A DNA stretch of 64,000 nt, taken from Patescibacteria group bacterium (lineage in GTDB: Bacteria; Patescibacteriota; Microgenomatia; UBA1400; PJMF01). Position numbers and translations under genes: made by a program. Shown in pieces: positions 1-8,643 of the stretch. Numbering within the stretch: the stretch's first letter is position 1; each line of letters begins with the position of its first letter. The stretch covers positions 5,724-69,723 of the forward strand of contig JAHDXH010000002.1 in the NCBI GenBank assembly GCA_023382875.1, written 5' to 3'. Below the pieces are notes generated by a model. It saw only the letters and a list, made by a program, of their open reading frames with translations. It was not told the DNA's origin and made no database searches.

Positions 1-1
1 T

Positions 2-2176
2 GCTTTCAAAAGTCGAGTTTTAAGAGACGGCGTTTGGCAAACTATTGCCAGTAAAAAATTGGTGGTGGGCGATGTGGTTAAGTTAAGAATCGGCGATCTT
101 GTTCCAGCTGATATTTTGATGACTGAAGTTGATGGCCTATCTGCTAATGAAAGTACTCTGACCGGTGAATCAGTACCAGTAGAAAAAAGAGTTGAAGATA
201 AAATTTTCATGGGTACATCCGTAGCTAGTGGATTGGGTATCGGCGAAGTAGTGGCCACAGGTAAATCGACTAAATTAGGCGAGTTGTCAAAAGATTTAGA
301 GAAGAAAGCTCCGCAAACCGAGTTTCAAAAACAAACAAAAAATTTTTCTAAGTTAATTTTCCAAATGACGGCAGTAATGACGATTTTTGTTTTCATTGCT
401 TCGTCGCTAAATGAAAAAAGTTTCTTTGATGCATTCTTTTTTGCTGTGGCTTTGGCTGTCGGTATGGCTCCTGAGTTATTGCCAGCTATTGTAACCATTA
501 CTTTGTCTCATGGCGCGAGAGCAATGGTGAAGAAAAAAGTGATTGTTAAAAGATTGATTGCCGTAGAAAACTTAGGCAACGTGGATACGCTTTGTTCCGA
601 TAAAACCGGCACCCTGACTAGAGGTAGTTTTGCCTTGGTTGGCTATCGTTCCTTGAAGGTGGCGGGAGATGAACAATTGTTGATGAAGTCACTTCTTTGT
701 TCTGACAATTTTATCAATCAAAGTAGCGATGCATTGGCAACACCAGTCGATGAAGCTTTATGGAAGGCGGCGGCCTCCAAAAAACATCAGGCTCGTCTTA
801 AAACTTACAAAAAATTAGACCAAAACGAATTTGATTACGACCGCCGCCGCATGAGCGTTTTGGTCACTAACCGTAAGGAAAAAGTTTTAGTTGTTAAAGG
901 TGCGCCAAGTTCAATTTTAAGTTGTTCGGTTTTGGTAAAGGATGAGAACCGCATTGTCAAACTGACAGAAAAATTAAATAAGGAAATCAAAAATTTAGTC
1001 GCCGAATATGAAAAGCATGGTGTGAGAGTGATCGCAGTTGCTGAGCGCGATTTTCATCTTGATAAAACTACCGCCGCTGATGAAAAAAACTTAACCTTCT
1101 TAGGATTATTGTTATTTGAAGATCCAGTTAAGTCATCGGCCAAAGAAGCAATTGCGCAACTAAGATCACTTGGTGTCGAAATCAAAATCATTAGTGGCGA
1201 TTCTTTGCCAGTTACCCATGCTATAGCAAATCAAGCCGGTATCAAAGTTGGAACTTCTGAGGTTATTCACGGGGATGTTTTGGCTAAATTAACTGCCAAA
1301 GAGTTTGAGCAACATGTAATTAAATACAACGTTTTTGCCAGAGTGACACCAAGTCAAAAATATCAAATTGTCATGGCTCTCAATAGAAAGAAACATGTGG
1401 TGGCCTTCTTGGGCGACGGTGTAAATGATGCGCCCGCTCTTAAAGCTGCAGATGTTGGAATTAGCGTTGATACTGGCGCTCAAATCAGTAAGGAAGCTGC
1501 CGATATTATTTTGCTCAAAAAAGATTTGAAGTTTTTGGCCGATGGAATTGTTGAAGGTCGCAAAACCTTTGGCAATATCATGAAATATATTTTCAATACC
1601 ATTTCTGCTAACAACGGCAATATGTTAACAGTGACTTTAGCTTCGGCTTTTTTGAAATTTATTCCCATGTTGCCTTCACAAATCCTGCTCAATAACTTTA
1701 TTTCCGATATCCCGCTTTTGGCAGTAGCAACAGATAGAGTTGATCCTCATTTCACCAGCAAACCCAAGCGCTGGAACATGAAAAAAATTTGGATTTTTAT
1801 GATGGTTTTTGGCTTGCTTTCGACATTCTTTGATTTATTTTTACTTTTGCCAATGATTTTCGTTTGGAAAGTTTCGCCAGAAATTTTTAGAACTGCTTGG
1901 TTTATTGAATCTTCATTGTCGGAAATCTTAATTACTTTTTCAATTCGAACCAAGTTGGTTTTCTTTAAAAGTGTGCCAAGTTGGCTGCTAATTGGTTTGA
2001 GTCTTTTCTCTTCACTTTTAATTGTTGGTTTGCCCATTCTTGGCATCGGGCAAAAGATGTTCGAGTTTGTTGATATTCCTAGACAAATTTGGCTCTGGAT
2101 TGGTTTGGGATTAGCTCTATACTTCTTATGTGCGGAGTTTTTAAAAAGAATTTTCTACCGCTATTTTGAAGATTGA
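2..2176 (+). CDS. mgtA: Mg2+-transporting P-type ATPase (5' end outside the window)
   Basis: TGES, PELLP, CSDKTGTLT phosphorylation motif and GDGVNDAP; frame is open back to the window start; ends in TGA. Confidence 0.85.
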   Translation, partial: AFKSRVLRDGVWQTIASKKLVVGDVVKLRIGDLVPADILMTEVDGLSANESTLTGESVPVEKRVEDKIFMGTSVASGLGIGEVVATGKSTKLGELSKDLEKKAPQTEFQKQTKNFSKLIFQMTAVMTIFVFIASSLNEKSFFDAFFFAVALAVGMAPELLPAIVTITLSHGARAMVKKKVIVKRLIAVENLGNVDTLCSDKTGTLTRGSFALVGYRSLKVAGDEQLLMKSLLCSDNFINQSSDALATPVDEALWKAAASKKHQARLKTYKKLDQNEFDYDRRRMSVLVTNRKEKVLVVKGAPSSILSCSVLVKDENRIVKLTEKLNKEIKNLVAEYEKHGVRVIAVAERDFHLDKTTAADEKNLTFLGLLLFEDPVKSSAKEAIAQLRSLGVEIKIISGDSLPVTHAIANQAGIKVGTSEVIHGDVLAKLTAKEFEQHVIKYNVFARVTPSQKYQIVMALNRKKHVVAFLGDGVNDAPALKAADVGISVDTGAQISKEAADIILLKKDLKFLADGIVEGRKTFGNIMKYIFNTISANNGNMLTVTLASAFLKFIPMLPSQILLNNFISDIPLLAVATDRVDPHFTSKPKRWNMKKIWIFMMVFGLLSTFFDLFLLLPMIFVWKVSPEIFRTAWFIESSLSEILITFSIRTKLVFFKSVPSWLLIGLSLFSSLLIVGLPILGIGQKMFEFVDIPRQIWLWIGLGLALYFLCAEFLKRIFYRYFED

Positions 2177-2212
2177 TATACTTTCCAGATTAATTTCAGA
2201 TTAAATTGACTA

Positions 2213-2241
2213 TTGATTTATACATATTGGCTGTGTATAAT
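2213..2241 (+). promoter_or_regulatory. sigma70-type promoter
   Basis: TTGATT-17 nt-TATAAT, followed by a 5' hairpin (TGTGCTTT/AAAGCACA). Confidence 0.7.
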
Positions 2242-2296
2242 GTCGCTGTGCTTTCAAAAGCACAAAAACGACGATTTAGTGACGTGAGGTGATAAC

Positions 2297-2458
2297 ATGT
2301 CCAGTAAGCACGCTTTGGTAGACCGCAGTTGGAATCGCTGGCTTCAGAGCCACAACGGGCAACTCTTCTTAGCCAAGATGGCGAAGAAGGAAGACAAGTC
2401 GGCAACGACCCCAACCACGAATACCGCCAACGCCACATCGCCGGTTAAGAAGAGTTAG
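2297..2458 (+). CDS. 53-aa hypothetical small protein (not in ORF track): MSSKHALVDRSWNRWLQSHNGQLFLAKMAKKEDKSATTPTTNTANATSPVKKS
   Basis: Strong SD (GAGGTG) 5 nt before ATG, own promoter and a downstream terminator. Confidence 0.7.
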   Translation: MSSKHALVDRSWNRWLQSHNGQLFLAKMAKKEDKSATTPTTNTANATSPVKKS

Positions 2459-2485
2459 GTCAACTTATTCTTCTTACAAGCACCC

Positions 2486-2520
2486 AAAAGTGTCAGCCTT
2501 CAACCGCTGGCGCTTTTTTT
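2486..2520 (+). terminator. Intrinsic terminator
   Basis: AAAAGTGTCAGC/GCTGGCGCTTTT stem with GU pairs, then a T run. Confidence 0.65.
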
Positions 2521-2600
2521 AGCCAAAAATCCAAATTTTAGATAAAAAATAAACCCCTCCAGTGACGAAGGGGCTTTTTGTATTTGGCTGCGGGCGGTGG

Positions 2601-2819
2601 TTAATCGCCACCGGGCCCGTTCCAATACTCATCCGAGTAAAGGGTAAGGCTTCCCACTAAAAAGAAGATGATGGTGATGAGGATAATGGGCCAGTCCCAG
2701 ACACCAATGAAGAACATAAAGCTCTCAACGATGACTGCAACTACCCCGATTAACGCACAATAAACCGCCCATCTCACATTGTGTGGTTGGCCACTCAGCC
2801 AGTTGGTCAGGTTTTGCAT
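2601..2819 (-). CDS. Small two-TM membrane protein, hypothetical
   Basis: Two hydrophobic segments; AAGGAGA SD; TTGACA-17-TAGGAT promoter at 2886-2858. Confidence 0.7.
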   Translation of the reverse strand: MQNLTNWLSGQPHNVRWAVYCALIGVVAVIVESFMFFIGVWDWPIILITIIFFLVGSLTLYSDEYWNGPGGD

Positions 2820-2914
2820 GGCAAATCTCCTTTGCTCTAAACCATTTCCAAGTGGGTATCCTAGGTCTAATTACTTAATTTGTCAATGTTTTCTTGACTA
2901 AGAGTCCTATAGTA

Positions 2915-2943
2915 TTGACAAATCATATAAAAAATGTTATAAT
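2915..2943 (+). promoter_or_regulatory. Consensus sigma70 promoter
   Basis: TTGACA-17 nt-TATAAT with extended TG. Confidence 0.8.
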
Positions 2944-2995
2944 GATGTTGGTTGTTCGAACCAAAAGACAGATGACTAAGGAGATTTTTAACATC

Positions 2996-3178
2996 ATGAA
3001 GAAATTCCGGTATTGGTCGCGCACCAACAATCGCTTCATCCGTATCTACGCTGTGGTTGGGGAATTCGAGGTCGTTGTTTTTTACGAAGACCTGCAACCC
3101 TTCCATAAGGGCTATGAGATTGAAGACTGGAAAAATGCCATCCAGAACGGCGAGATAATCGCTGACTGGGACGAATAA
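2996..3178 (+). CDS. 60-aa hypothetical protein (start moved from 2894 to ATG 2996)
   Basis: The promoter lies inside the longer ORF; AAGGAG precedes ATG 2996; terminator at about 3190-3220. Confidence 0.65.
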   Translation: MKKFRYWSRTNNRFIRIYAVVGEFEVVVFYEDLQPFHKGYEIEDWKNAIQNGEIIADWDE

Positions 3179-3189
3179 CCAACAAACAG

Positions 3190-3220
3190 AAGGCAGGGGA
3201 CTCAAAGACCCTGCTTTTTT
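3190..3220 (+). terminator. Intrinsic terminator
   Basis: AAGGCAGGG/CCCTGCTTT stem plus T run. Confidence 0.65.
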
Positions 3221-3284
3221 GCGTCCATTTTTTGTTTTTTTCTGACTCGTTGAATTTTATCTGGCTAACTGATAGTTTTGAGGT

Positions 3285-4391
3285 ATGAATCCAAAGTTGA
3301 TGAACATCGGTTTTTTTAAAAGTATTGTTAAAAAACTAACTTGGCTATTTGGCTTGATTTTTATCTTTGGTGGCTTCTCTGAATTTTCTTCCAATAATTT
3401 TATTTTTGGATTAAGTGGTATTTTATTGGGCTTGAGTTTTTTGCCGATTTTTTGGTCATTTTTAAATAAAAAATTTAACTTATCGCCATCTATTTTCAAA
3501 AAAGCTGGAGTGGTGTTTGTCTTAATGTCGCTGTTCGGATACTTGGCACCACCAACAGAAAAAGTGCCTCAGACTTTGGTGCAAAATTCATTAGCGCCTA
3601 CACAAGAAGCAACAACTTCGGCTGAAAAACAGGTTGGAGTCGTTGTGGAGGAAATTGGTCAAGTGACTAGGGTGGTTGATGGTGATACTTTGGAAGTTTT
3701 GGTTGGTGGTCAGGCGATGAAAATTAGAGTGATTGGTATTAATACGCCAGAAACAGTTGATCCCAGAAAATCTGTAGAATGTTTTGGCCAGCAAGCTTCT
3801 AGTGAAGCGAAAAGATTATTGGAAAATCAGCAAGTTCGTTTAGAAATTGACCCAACTCAAGGTGATAAAGATAAATACGATCGCTATCTTAGATTTGTTT
3901 GGCTCGAAAATGGCAATTCTGATTATGGAAAACAGATGATTGCTAACGGTTTTGCTTTTGAATACACCTATCAAACACCTTATAAATATCAGGCAGAATA
4001 CAAATTAGCTCAACAAACAGCAGAAGCTGAGAAAAAAGGTTTGTGGGCTGATGATGCTTGTGTAATCACAGCCACTCCAACGCCTTCGCCGGCGGCATTG
4101 GTGGTGCCAACACCATCTCCTAAGCCAACATCAAAACCAACTGTTGCTCCAAAAATTAGTCCGTCACCAAAGCCAACTACAAGCGTTAAGTCAAATAACT
4201 CTGGTAGCACTAGCTCTGGAGGTTCGGCTGGAAGAAGTTGCACTGGCCCTGATTTGGATTGCAAAGACTTTGCTACACACGCTGAGGCACAAGCATTCTT
4301 TAATGGCTGTGGTTTTACGGCGACCAACGATCCAATGAAGTTGGATGGTACTGGCGTTGACGACGGAATTGCCTGCGAGGACAGGCCTTAG
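3285..4391 (+). CDS. Membrane-anchored thermonuclease (SNase) with Pro/Thr linker and C-terminal Excalibur-like Ca-binding domain
   Basis: RVVDGDT, IRVIGINTPE, DKYDRYLR, KKGLW; C-terminal DLDCKDF...LDGTGVDDGIACE. Confidence 0.85.
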   Translation: MNPKLMNIGFFKSIVKKLTWLFGLIFIFGGFSEFSSNNFIFGLSGILLGLSFLPIFWSFLNKKFNLSPSIFKKAGVVFVLMSLFGYLAPPTEKVPQTLVQNSLAPTQEATTSAEKQVGVVVEEIGQVTRVVDGDTLEVLVGGQAMKIRVIGINTPETVDPRKSVECFGQQASSEAKRLLENQQVRLEIDPTQGDKDKYDRYLRFVWLENGNSDYGKQMIANGFAFEYTYQTPYKYQAEYKLAQQTAEAEKKGLWADDACVITATPTPSPAALVVPTPSPKPTSKPTVAPKISPSPKPTTSVKSNNSGSTSSGGSAGRSCTGPDLDCKDFATHAEAQAFFNGCGFTATNDPMKLDGTGVDDGIACEDRP

Positions 4392-4393
4392 AG

Positions 4394-5581
4394 TTATTTC
4401 AAACTTTGGATAACTTTTTTGGTTAAGGTTTCCACTAAGTTTGGATAAAATGGTGAAACGATCACTTCTTCTGCAGTTGGGTTTGGTGTTAGTGAGGCCA
4501 AAGCATCAACCAAGGCAATTTTTACTTCAGGCGTAATTTGTTTCAAGTTTAATTTATGTGCGATATTGAAAATTGCCGGGAAAGCCAAAACGTTATTAAT
4601 TTGGTTTTTGAAATCACTTCTGCCAGTGGCAATTACATAGGCGCCAGCTTTTTTGGCCTCATCGGGCATAATCTCTGGATCTGGATTTGCCATAGCAAAA
4701 ATAATTGATTTTTTGGCCAGTTTTTTAACTAATTCTGGAGTAATACTGCCTGGTCCAGAAACACCCACCAAAACATCAAAGCCTCCCAGTGTTTCGAGTG
4801 GCGATCCTTGAATAAGGTCGTTGTTGCTGATGCCAGCAACAGCTTGCTTGTAAACATTCATTCCTGATCGACCTCTGTATAAAGCACCTTGGCGGTCAAA
4901 CACCACTACGTCTTTGACGCGTGGTAAGGCGTTAATAATTGAACAGTTGTCAAAATAACAAGTAGCTCCCAGAAGCATTTTAGCGATAGCTAGGCCAGCT
5001 GCGCCTGAGCCAATGATACCGACTCTTAGTGATTCGTAGGGTTTATCAACAACTTTGGCAGCATTACGAAGGGCGGCCGCAACGACGATGGCTGTGCCGT
5101 GTTGATCATCGTGGAAAACAGGAATGCCAATGTCTTGCAACGCCTCTTCAACTTCAAAGCAGTTGGGAGCAGTAATATCTTCAAGATTAATGGCAGAAAA
5201 AGTGGGGGCAACTTGCTCGACAAACCGGATTAATTCTCGTGGCTCTTTGGTATTTACGACTAAAGGAAATGAATCTAAACCTGAAAATCTTTTGATCAAT
5301 AAAGCTTTGCCCTCCATGACTGGTAAGGCAGCTTCTGGACCAATATTACCAAGACCAAGCACAGCCGAACCATCTGAGATGACGGCCACAGTGCGACCAC
5401 TTAAGGTAAGCTTTTTAGCAAGGTTTTTGTCTTTCGCCACTGCTCTGGAAACGGCACCAACGCCGGGGGTGTAAGCGAGGGATAAGTCGGTGGCGTTATT
5501 AATTTCTACTTTGGAAGTAATTTCCAATTTCCCTTGATGTTTGGCGTGTAAATCGATGGCTTGTTCTGAGATGTCTGGCAT
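4394..5581 (-). CDS. NAD(P)-dependent malic enzyme (short form)
   Basis: LAYTPGV, DGSAVLGLG, PVMEGKA, INLEDI, HDDQHGTA, ATGRSDF, NQINNVLAFP. Confidence 0.9.
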   Translation of the reverse strand: MPDISEQAIDLHAKHQGKLEITSKVEINNATDLSLAYTPGVGAVSRAVAKDKNLAKKLTLSGRTVAVISDGSAVLGLGNIGPEAALPVMEGKALLIKRFSGLDSFPLVVNTKEPRELIRFVEQVAPTFSAINLEDITAPNCFEVEEALQDIGIPVFHDDQHGTAIVVAAALRNAAKVVDKPYESLRVGIIGSGAAGLAIAKMLLGATCYFDNCSIINALPRVKDVVVFDRQGALYRGRSGMNVYKQAVAGISNNDLIQGSPLETLGGFDVLVGVSGPGSITPELVKKLAKKSIIFAMANPDPEIMPDEAKKAGAYVIATGRSDFKNQINNVLAFPAIFNIAHKLNLKQITPEVKIALVDALASLTPNPTAEEVIVSPFYPNLVETLTKKVIQSLK

Positions 5582-5627
5582 AAGTTAAAAAAGTATAGCA
5601 GGGTGGGGAAGAAAAGAGAATGCAAAA

Positions 5628-5652
5628 AGGAGCGCTGGTTGAGGGCGCTCCT
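5628..5652 (-). terminator. Intrinsic terminator of the 5677-6303 gene
   Basis: AGGAGCGCT/GGCGCTCCT stem with an A run on the left. Confidence 0.6.
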
Positions 5653-5676
5653 GTTTGTTGTTGAATAAATGAGAAA

Positions 5677-6303
5677 TTAATCTGGTTTCTCACTACCGAC
5701 TGATGCTTTGTAGATTTCGTGTGCAAGTTCTAGACGGCGAACAAGCTCTTGCCAAGATAGTTTATCAGTTGGGTCGTCAGTTTCTTCCATTTTACTTTGA
5801 GTATAAACTGACCGAATACGATAAATGGCATATACCTGTTTTGGAGTCTGTGGGGTAAAATCTTTAGCCACAGAATATCCTGTTAAGCCCAACCATTTAA
5901 ATGGATGGGTCAAATAGGAATCGCAGAGCATGTCTACAGGTCGTGGGTTGCGATTTGGGTCTTGAAGCTCACGAAGTCTCTTTTCAACTTCTTCTTCTTG
6001 TTGATTTAGCAGTCTTTTACTTTCTTCTTGAGCCACTTCAAATCCGTTATCTGTTCTTGAGCCAATAGCCAATCCTCCCAGATAAGAATTCCACTCAGAG
6101 GTCGATGGCGATTCAAGCCACTCATCATATAATGCAGCCATTTTGGCTTCACTTTTTTGAGCCAAATGAACTTCCAATGCTTCAACTGTAGGCAGCCAAG
6201 CATAAAGTAATCCGCTGTCCGACAGTTCATTTGGCAATACTGAACGCAATTTTTTGTACTCAGCACTTGCAACGAACATTTCCCACTTAGTTCTTTTTGC
6301 CAT
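5677..6303 (-). CDS. Hypothetical helical protein
   Basis: 208-aa ORF with GGAGGTG SD and TGaTATAAT promoter. Confidence 0.7.
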   Translation of the reverse strand: MAKRTKWEMFVASAEYKKLRSVLPNELSDSGLLYAWLPTVEALEVHLAQKSEAKMAALYDEWLESPSTSEWNSYLGGLAIGSRTDNGFEVAQEESKRLLNQQEEEVEKRLRELQDPNRNPRPVDMLCDSYLTHPFKWLGLTGYSVAKDFTPQTPKQVYAIYRIRSVYTQSKMEETDDPTDKLSWQELVRRLELAHEIYKASVGSEKPD

Positions 6304-6434
6304 TTTTACACCTCCATGTGTATTGGCTGAAATCGTTTGTTAAATAACAACGAATTATATCACTATAGGATTTAAAAACTTTTTTTAAATAAAAAAAGAC
6401 TCGCATATGCAAGTCTAATTAATTTTTTTATATC

Positions 6435-6511
6435 TGGCGACCCCAACCGGGCTCGAACCGGTGATCTTTTCCGTGACAGGGAAATATGTTAACCAACTAC
6501 ACCATGGGGCC
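6435..6511 (-). tRNA. tRNA-Asp(GTC), CCA encoded
   Basis: Cloverleaf GGCCCCA...TTTCC-CTGTCAC-GGAAA...TTCGAGC...TGGGGTCGCCA. Confidence 0.95.
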
Positions 6512-6524
6512 AGTTAGACAGCTA

Positions 6525-7073
6525 TTATACTTTAGACAGCTGGTTTTTGCCAAGTCTAATTTCTGAAGCTTCGCCAAGATCCCAAGTTTTCAAAGTGGTT
6601 TTTTTAGCTTCGGCTCTTTTTTTCAAGTAAAGGTAGCCATAACCAAAGACAAAATCAGCGATCAAGGTATTACGATAGAAAGGTAAAGCCAAGATATAGC
6701 AGGCTAAAAAGCCCTCTAAATTGTGAGGATACCAAAAGTACCATGAGCCAAAATTAGACAAAGCAAAAAAAGCAAATGAAGCGATAGGCAAGTATAAAGC
6801 TTGCTTGGTGGGGTTGTTTTTGGCAAGCTTTCCCAATAAATAATAAGCACCAAAGCCTAAATAGGTAAAGATGAAGCCTTTGTAAAAACCACCAACGGCA
6901 AGATCAAATAAAACGATTGAACCAAAGTAGAGCCAGAAGTTTTGGCCAAAAAAACCAAAACTGCCCAGTGGACTAAAATTGGCGGGTAAGAAGCCAAATC
7001 TAGAAATAAAGACGGCAAGAGTAGTGGTCCACTTTTTAAGGCGGACAAGTTTGCTAGAGTTCGATTTTTTCAT
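6525..7073 (-). CDS. Multi-pass membrane protein, DUF6580-like / ECF S-component-like
   Basis: PANFSPLG, FFALSNFG, CYILALPFYRNTL motifs; overlaps the upstream DUF4430 gene. Confidence 0.65.
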   Translation of the reverse strand: MKKSNSSKLVRLKKWTTTLAVFISRFGFLPANFSPLGSFGFFGQNFWLYFGSIVLFDLAVGGFYKGFIFTYLGFGAYYLLGKLAKNNPTKQALYLPIASFAFFALSNFGSWYFWYPHNLEGFLACYILALPFYRNTLIADFVFGYGYLYLKKRAEAKKTTLKTWDLGEASEIRLGKNQLSKV

Positions 7074-7569
7074 ATTTGAATTCGATCACTTCACCAGGAT
7101 TGACGACAACGGAGTCGGCTCCACTTTGAGATTTTTCACCGTTTAGGTAAAAAGCCCAGAAGTTTTCATTGTTACCTGGAAGATCGTTAATGCTTTCGAT
7201 AAAGAAACCAAAATCATATTTTTTATATTTAACCCCTGGAACACTCTCGACTAGATGGGAAAAAGCAGTTTTTCCGCTGATAGTGGCTTCAATGCGAACG
7301 TATTTTGGCTCGATGACGACAGGATTAGCGCTGTTGACTATGTCAGAAGCACTTGCATTTTGAAGACTGGCTGAGTCACTAGTTTGGAGTTTCTCCAGGT
7401 CACCCAACTCAAGAGGTAAATCCGCCATGTGTTCGTTTTGTGTGGAAGTTGCTTGGCCACGGTTGAAGATGCCGCTCAGGCTGCCACGTTGGGCGAGGAA
7501 GTTGGCAAAACCGAGTGCAGCTAAAATTAATCCGATAACTGCGTATGAAATAACTTGTTTGTTTTTCAT
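7054..7569 (-). CDS. Membrane-anchored DUF4430 (transcobalamin-like C-terminal domain) protein
   Basis: N-terminal TM; FGFFIESIND...FWAFYLNGEKSQSGAD...GEVIEFKY. Confidence 0.75.
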   Translation of the reverse strand: MKNKQVISYAVIGLILAALGFANFLAQRGSLSGIFNRGQATSTQNEHMADLPLELGDLEKLQTSDSASLQNASASDIVNSANPVVIEPKYVRIEATISGKTAFSHLVESVPGVKYKKYDFGFFIESINDLPGNNENFWAFYLNGEKSQSGADSVVVNPGEVIEFKYEKIEL

Positions 7570-7608
7570 GGAAAGATGATTCTAGCACAGTCGTGCTACT
7601 ATGGAATT

Positions 7609-8637
7609 ATGAAATTAAAACTCACAAAAACCATGACTAATGGCCAAATTGCCGAAGTCTTTAAGTTTATTTCTGAGATTTTGGGCTTGGAAGAGGGGAA
7701 TCTTTTTCGCACCAAAGCTTACCAAGAAGCTGCTGAAGTTATTGCACAGTGGAATGAACCACTGGTAGATATTTATGCTGATCATACTGACGAAGAAATT
7801 CTGCAAGTTTTTATTGATATGCCCGGAATTGGTGAAGGTATCGCTAAAAAATTGGTTGAGTTATTTTCAACTGGCAAGATTAAATCTTTTGCCAAATATG
7901 TAGAAGAATTGCCTGAAGGAATGTTTGAGCTTTGTCAGGTAGCGGGGATTGGTGCTAAAAAAGCTTATCGTATTTGTTCACAACTGCCAGTGCACGCCGA
8001 TAGGCCGCTGGCCGATGTGCTGGCATTAGCCAAAGAGGGACGAATTAGAAAACTAGAGGGTTTTGGTGAAAAGAGTGAAGCTGAGCTGATCAAAGCCATT
8101 GAAAATTATCAGGCCAGTGGTCGAATGCCTTATGAAGAAGCTAATCGTTTGGCTGAGGAAATTGTCTGGGAACTTAAAAAAGACGCAAATTTGGAAAAGA
8201 TAGAGGTTTTGGGATCATTAAGAAGAAAAAATTCCAGTATTGGCGATATTGATCTTGGGATTGTGACAAATAATTTGGCAGCAACCAAAGAGTTTGTTAA
8301 GAATTTTAAATTGGCTAAACGAAGTGTGATTTTGGGCGACGGCCTAATGAGATTACAACTAAAAAATGGCCATCAGGTTGATATTAAAGTTTCACCATTA
8401 AATGAGTGGGGTAGTTTTTTACAGCATTTTACGGGTAGCAAAGAACACAATATTAAATTGAGACGTTTTGCTTTGAGTAAAGGATTTTCTTTGTCAGAAC
8501 ATGGCATTTTGGTCAAGGCAACGGGTGAAGTTTTGACCTTTGCCAACGAAACTAAATTTTATAATCATTTGGGCTTAAACCTCATTCCGCCAGCAGAGAG
8601 GATCGGTGGTGATGAGATTGAGCGTTACCAGTTATAA
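7609..8637 (+). CDS. polX: DNA polymerase X family protein without PHP domain
   Basis: HhH repeats (PGIGEG, GIGAKK, GFGEKS), GSLRR, GDID, HFTGSKEHN; start moved to ATG 7609 after TGcTACTAT. Confidence 0.85.
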   Translation: MKLKLTKTMTNGQIAEVFKFISEILGLEEGNLFRTKAYQEAAEVIAQWNEPLVDIYADHTDEEILQVFIDMPGIGEGIAKKLVELFSTGKIKSFAKYVEELPEGMFELCQVAGIGAKKAYRICSQLPVHADRPLADVLALAKEGRIRKLEGFGEKSEAELIKAIENYQASGRMPYEEANRLAEEIVWELKKDANLEKIEVLGSLRRKNSSIGDIDLGIVTNNLAATKEFVKNFKLAKRSVILGDGLMRLQLKNGHQVDIKVSPLNEWGSFLQHFTGSKEHNIKLRRFALSKGFSLSEHGILVKATGEVLTFANETKFYNHLGLNLIPPAERIGGDEIERYQL

Positions 8638-8643
8638 TAGGCT

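Noticed and set aside
2196-2438. 80-aa minus-strand ORF
   Set aside because: Antisense to the SD- and promoter-supported 53-aa gene, and crosses its promoter
7570-7608. Cobalamin riboswitch before the DUF4430 gene
   Set aside because: The spacer is only 39 nt and holds two divergent -10 elements
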